The notes under the pieces were generated by a model, which was given only the letters and a program-made list of their open reading frames with translations, was not told where the DNA came from and made no database searches. Below, piece after piece: positions 59,935 through 64,000 of a stretch of 64,000 bases of DNA (position 1 is its first letter; every line of letters starts with the position of its first letter). Source of the stretch: the human T2T-CHM13v2.0 reference genome, Homo sapiens; the NCBI RefSeq assembly GCF_009914755.1, contig NC_060925.1; one strand, 5' to 3'. The position numbers and the translations under genes are program-made.

Positions 59935-62766
59935 TCATAATCTTTTCAAATATTTTCACAAACAATTATAATAAAGCAATGTTAGAGAAGGGAGTGTTAT
60001 CTCCTATAGGGAGTCAGGAAAAGCTTCCCCAAGGAAATTATGTTTCATCTATGAATTAAGATTAATTAAGATTAAGCAGCAATTGGAGAGACAAATTGGG
60101 AAAGGAAGAACGCTCCAAGCAGAGGAAACATGCGCTAAACTTCCGTGGCAGGAAGGAACATAAAGATGAGAATGTTGCTACAGGAGGATGAAGAGAGGGC
60201 CTAGTGGACCCTGTTAAAGATTTGAGATCTTATCTTAAATATAATGGGAAGCCACTGAAAGGTTGCACGCAGAGGTAGAACATAATCAGATGTGAATTGT
60301 TAAAAGATCACCCTGGTTACAATGTGAAGAGTTTGGAAGAAGCACAGTGGATTTAGGGAGAGAATTGATTAGAAAATTCTTGCAAAATAGCGCTAAACCA
60401 GGATAAAAGCAGTGAAGGTTGAGGGAAATGGATAGATTCCACTTTATCTCTTCTTACCTAACAAAGTAAAACCAATAATTGATCACCTAATTTACTTTCC
60501 TGTGAAAATTTAGTTTCCTTATCCATTTCATCTGTCCAACTTGGATGGATCCCACATTCTAACTTCCCTGCTAACCTTGCAGAGCAATATGACTACTAAC
60601 ATGTTATTCAGCCACCTTGCTTTTATTGAAACACTGCTATCTTTGCTTTAGTACCTCAATCAATCTTCTGAGCTACTATCCCATACCTTCACCATGCTCC
60701 TTGAGCCTCCCACCCAAGCCACATCACCTCCCCTTACTCCTGTCAAATGACCTTGCCTCCTACTTCACAGAAAAAAAAAATTACAAAGCAAAGCAAGAGG
60801 GGTTCCTTTAGGTTTCCTCCCCTGCTCCTATTTGTTGGCGGTTACTCTCCTCTTCCCTGCAAATCTCCTTGTCCTCAACCTACAAAAATAGGCTTCTGCA
60901 GAAAGAGAATGGCACTGGCTTATATATAAGATGAACACAATCATCCTTACTTCTGCTCTCTTTGTAGCATTTGACACTTACTGACCACTCTTCCTGCTTC
61001 TCTGGCCCTGTGTCTTGGTCGTCTTTGTGGACTCCCATTTCTGTGACTGAACCAAACTTAGTGCACCCACCATTCTAGCCTTAGGCCTTCCATCTTCTCA
61101 TTGAAACTTCATTCACAGCCCTAAGCACCCAAATGTTCATGACTCCAAATGTATCTGCACCCCCAAATTCTTTCCACCTCACCTGGGAATCATACAGGCA
61201 CTTAAAATTCAGTATATAAAAACATGAGCTTATTCTCTCATCTCTGTCTCCCATCCTTTCAAACTATTCCTCTTCCAGTACTGCCTATTGTAGCAAATAG
61301 TCCCCAATCATCCAAGTCACAAGCCAGGGAGCCGCCCTGGACTTCTCTCTTGCCTTATCCACACAAATAATCTTTCACTAAGTTTTACTAATTTTACCTT
61401 AAATATCTCTCAAATCCCTGCAAAACCTTCCACAGGCTACAGCTCTTTTATTCTATCTCAGGTTTTCATAACCTGCACCCCAGGAAATAGCTCCCTAACT
61501 CCTCCCTCTACCTCTCTCCGTCAATTGATTGGCCTCCACAGGCAACCACTATGAGCAATTTAAAATGCCAGTATTATAGTATTACATCCCACTGTTCTAA
61601 ATTCTTCAATGGATTTTCAATGGCTAAAGCCTAAGACTCAAATTCCTATACAGAGGCCAGGCACAGTGGCTCATACCTGTAATCCCAGCACTTTGGGAGG
61701 CCGAGGCGGGCAGATCACTTAAGGTCAAAAGTTCAAGACCAGCCTAGCCAACATGGTGAAACCCCATCTCTGCTGAAAATAGAAAAATTAGCCAGGCGTG
61801 GTGGTGTGTGCCTTTTATCCCAGCTACTCGGGAGGCTGAGGCAGGAGAATCACTTGAACCTGGGAGGTGGAGGTTGAGTGAGCCAGGATCATGCGACTGC
61901 ACTCCAGCTTGGGCGACAGAGCGAGACCCCATCTCAAAATAAACAAACAAAAAAACAAATTCCTATACAGGGTCGGGCATGCTGGCTCACGCCTGGTGGC
62001 TTGCACCTATAATCTTAGCACTTTGGGAGACCACGGAGGAAGGATCACTTGAGTCCTGGAGTTTAAGACCAGCCTGAGCAATGTAGCAAGAACCCATCTC
62101 TACAAAAAAATTAATTAATTAATTTAATTAGTCGGGTGTGGAGGTGCACTCCTGTAGTCCCAGCTACTCAGGAGGCTGAGGTGGGAGGATCACTTGAGCA
62201 CAGAAGGTTGATGCTGCAGTCAGCCATGATGGCACCACTGCACTCAGCCTGAGGGACACAGTGAGACCCTGTATGAAAAAAAAAAAAAATCTATACAGGA
62301 CAAACAAGGCCCTTCATGATCTGGCTCTACCTAATTCTCCAGCCTTTTCTACCTCCCATTATTCCCTTCCTTGTACTGGGAGTTCCCGAAGTGTACTATG
62401 TGCTTCAAATCTCAGTCCCTTTGCACATATTGTTCCCTCTAACTGGAGTAACTCCTAGGTGTAGCAGGTGAATTCTCACCTCTTCTTTAAAACTAACTTA
62501 AGTACTACCTCATTTGCAAAAGTTCTCTGACTTCCTAAATTGCCCACTTCTTTCTTGGTGCCCCCACTGCACCCTGTATGCTACTTCTACCATAATGTTT
62601 ATCACCCTGCATGGTAGTTGTGTTTATTTACATGTTTGTCTCCCCACTAAACCAGGAACAATTTGAGGGCAGGAATCTTGGCTTGTTCATCCAATATTCC
62701 CCAGCATCCAAGCACAGCAGGCAATTTTTGTTCAGATGAACTGAAGTATATTTGTATGGTACCCCA

Positions 62767-62767
<1 letters not shown>

Positions 62768-62803
<36 letters not shown>
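62768..62803. repeat. (CA)18 microsatellite
   Basis: Uninterrupted CA run. Confidence 0.97.
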
Positions 62804-62806
<3 letters not shown>

Positions 62807-63629
62807 CTGTTGATAGTCTATCAGTGTTGTACACAGACAAGTCTAAAACAGTAACTCATCTCAAAGACATATGTTTAAGATTGTTATACGACTTTATTTG
62901 CAACAAATTTCTCTTCCTAAACATTGTTTAGCTCAGAGTAATATTAAAATCAGTCTGCATATTCCAAGTGTCCAACTTACTTAATAACAGAGAAAAATGA
63001 CCCAAAATTAAAGACCATGGATAATAACCCTCTATTAAAATGCCAGAGAAACTACTGACCGTACATTCTCTCATTTACAACATCCCCCAAAGCTTCCAGA
63101 GTTTCACTCTCTAACCGTCTCCTGATTCCACTGAAGCATTAGAGCTGCATTTGAGTCCTCTCCAACTCTTCCCATAACTCACTGGAAAACCACAACATTC
63201 AAGACTGTCAAAAACTTTAAAAAGTCAGAGACTCCTCCATGTCTATGATGTCAGTCCCAAGGAATCCAGACAGAGAGAAAGAGGAGGGACAGAGGCACTT
63301 AGAACTTTCACATAATTCTTGATTAGGTGGGAGGGAGAGATGAATAATTGTCTTGGCAATTTGTTTTTAGTTAATATGGGTCCTTCAAGTCAAAGAAACA
63401 AAATATAACCTTCTTAGAAAATATGACCAATTTTACTATATTTTTTCTTTTTTCTTTTATCTGTGGATCTAGTCCTGAATCCAGACCAATCCTACTCTAA
63501 AGGGATCTATATAACACTAAATGTTACAATCCAGAAGTAACAAGATGAGTCTCAAAGTAAGAAGAGAAAGAAAGTAATATGTTTTAAAGCTTTAGATATT
63601 ATTTCATTTAAACTTCCAAACAACTCTGA

Positions 63630-63780
63630 GAACTTGGTATTGTTACTCCACATCACAGATGAAGATACTAAAGCTCACAGAGGTTAGGTAATATGCCCAA
63701 GGCAACACAGGTAAAAGTGGCAGACCCAGGATTTTTATCAACCCAGCCCAGCTGACTCCAGAGAACATACGCTCACATAC
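63630..63780. mobile_element. MIR SINE
   Basis: acagatgaagatactaaagctcacagaggttaggtaatatgcccaagg matches the MIR core. Confidence 0.75.
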
Positions 63781-64000
63781 AATGCCACATTTTGTCCAGG
63801 GAGGAGGACTAAGAAAACACGGGCAGTCCACCATGTGGAAGTCCACCCTCACTGCTTCAACTCCTCTCAACTCCACATCAGAAGAAAGAACTGGCTCTGG
63901 ATTCAGACAGATCTTGGTTCCAATCCCAGAGCTACTATTTAAGGGCTGTGTAATCATAGGTAAGTAATATAACCATTTTGTGCCTCAGATTCTTCATGTA

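Overview
Human (or near-identical great-ape) genomic DNA, recognisable as the 1q21.2 cluster. Three protein-coding genes lie head-to-tail on the minus strand. OTUD7B/Cezanne has coding exons 2-12 here (843 aa); its non-coding first exon is beyond the right edge. MTMR11 has 17 coding exons (709 aa) and SF3B4 has 6 (424 aa). I reconstructed every coding exon from GT-AG boundaries, and the summed lengths give complete reading frames. Introns contain more than 40 Alus, L2/MIR relics, DNA transposons and one full-length, frameshifted L1PA. I found no novel gene system. The most unusual structures are: (1) a 148-bp 3' transduction with its own poly(A) signal carried by the L1, bounded by a 17-bp TSD; (2) a decayed ~200-bp copy of OTUD7B's C-terminal coding sequence ~40 nt upstream of the last exon's acceptor; (3) a 30-bp piece of that L1 patched into an Alu 4.8 kb away; (4) a stop-free, in-frame last intron in SF3B4; (5) four AP-1 consensus sites clustered in the distal OTUD7B 3'UTR, upstream of MTMR11; (6) a near-zero-spacer inverted Alu pair in MTMR11. 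Repeat family names come from recalled consensus sequences and repeat boundaries are approximate.
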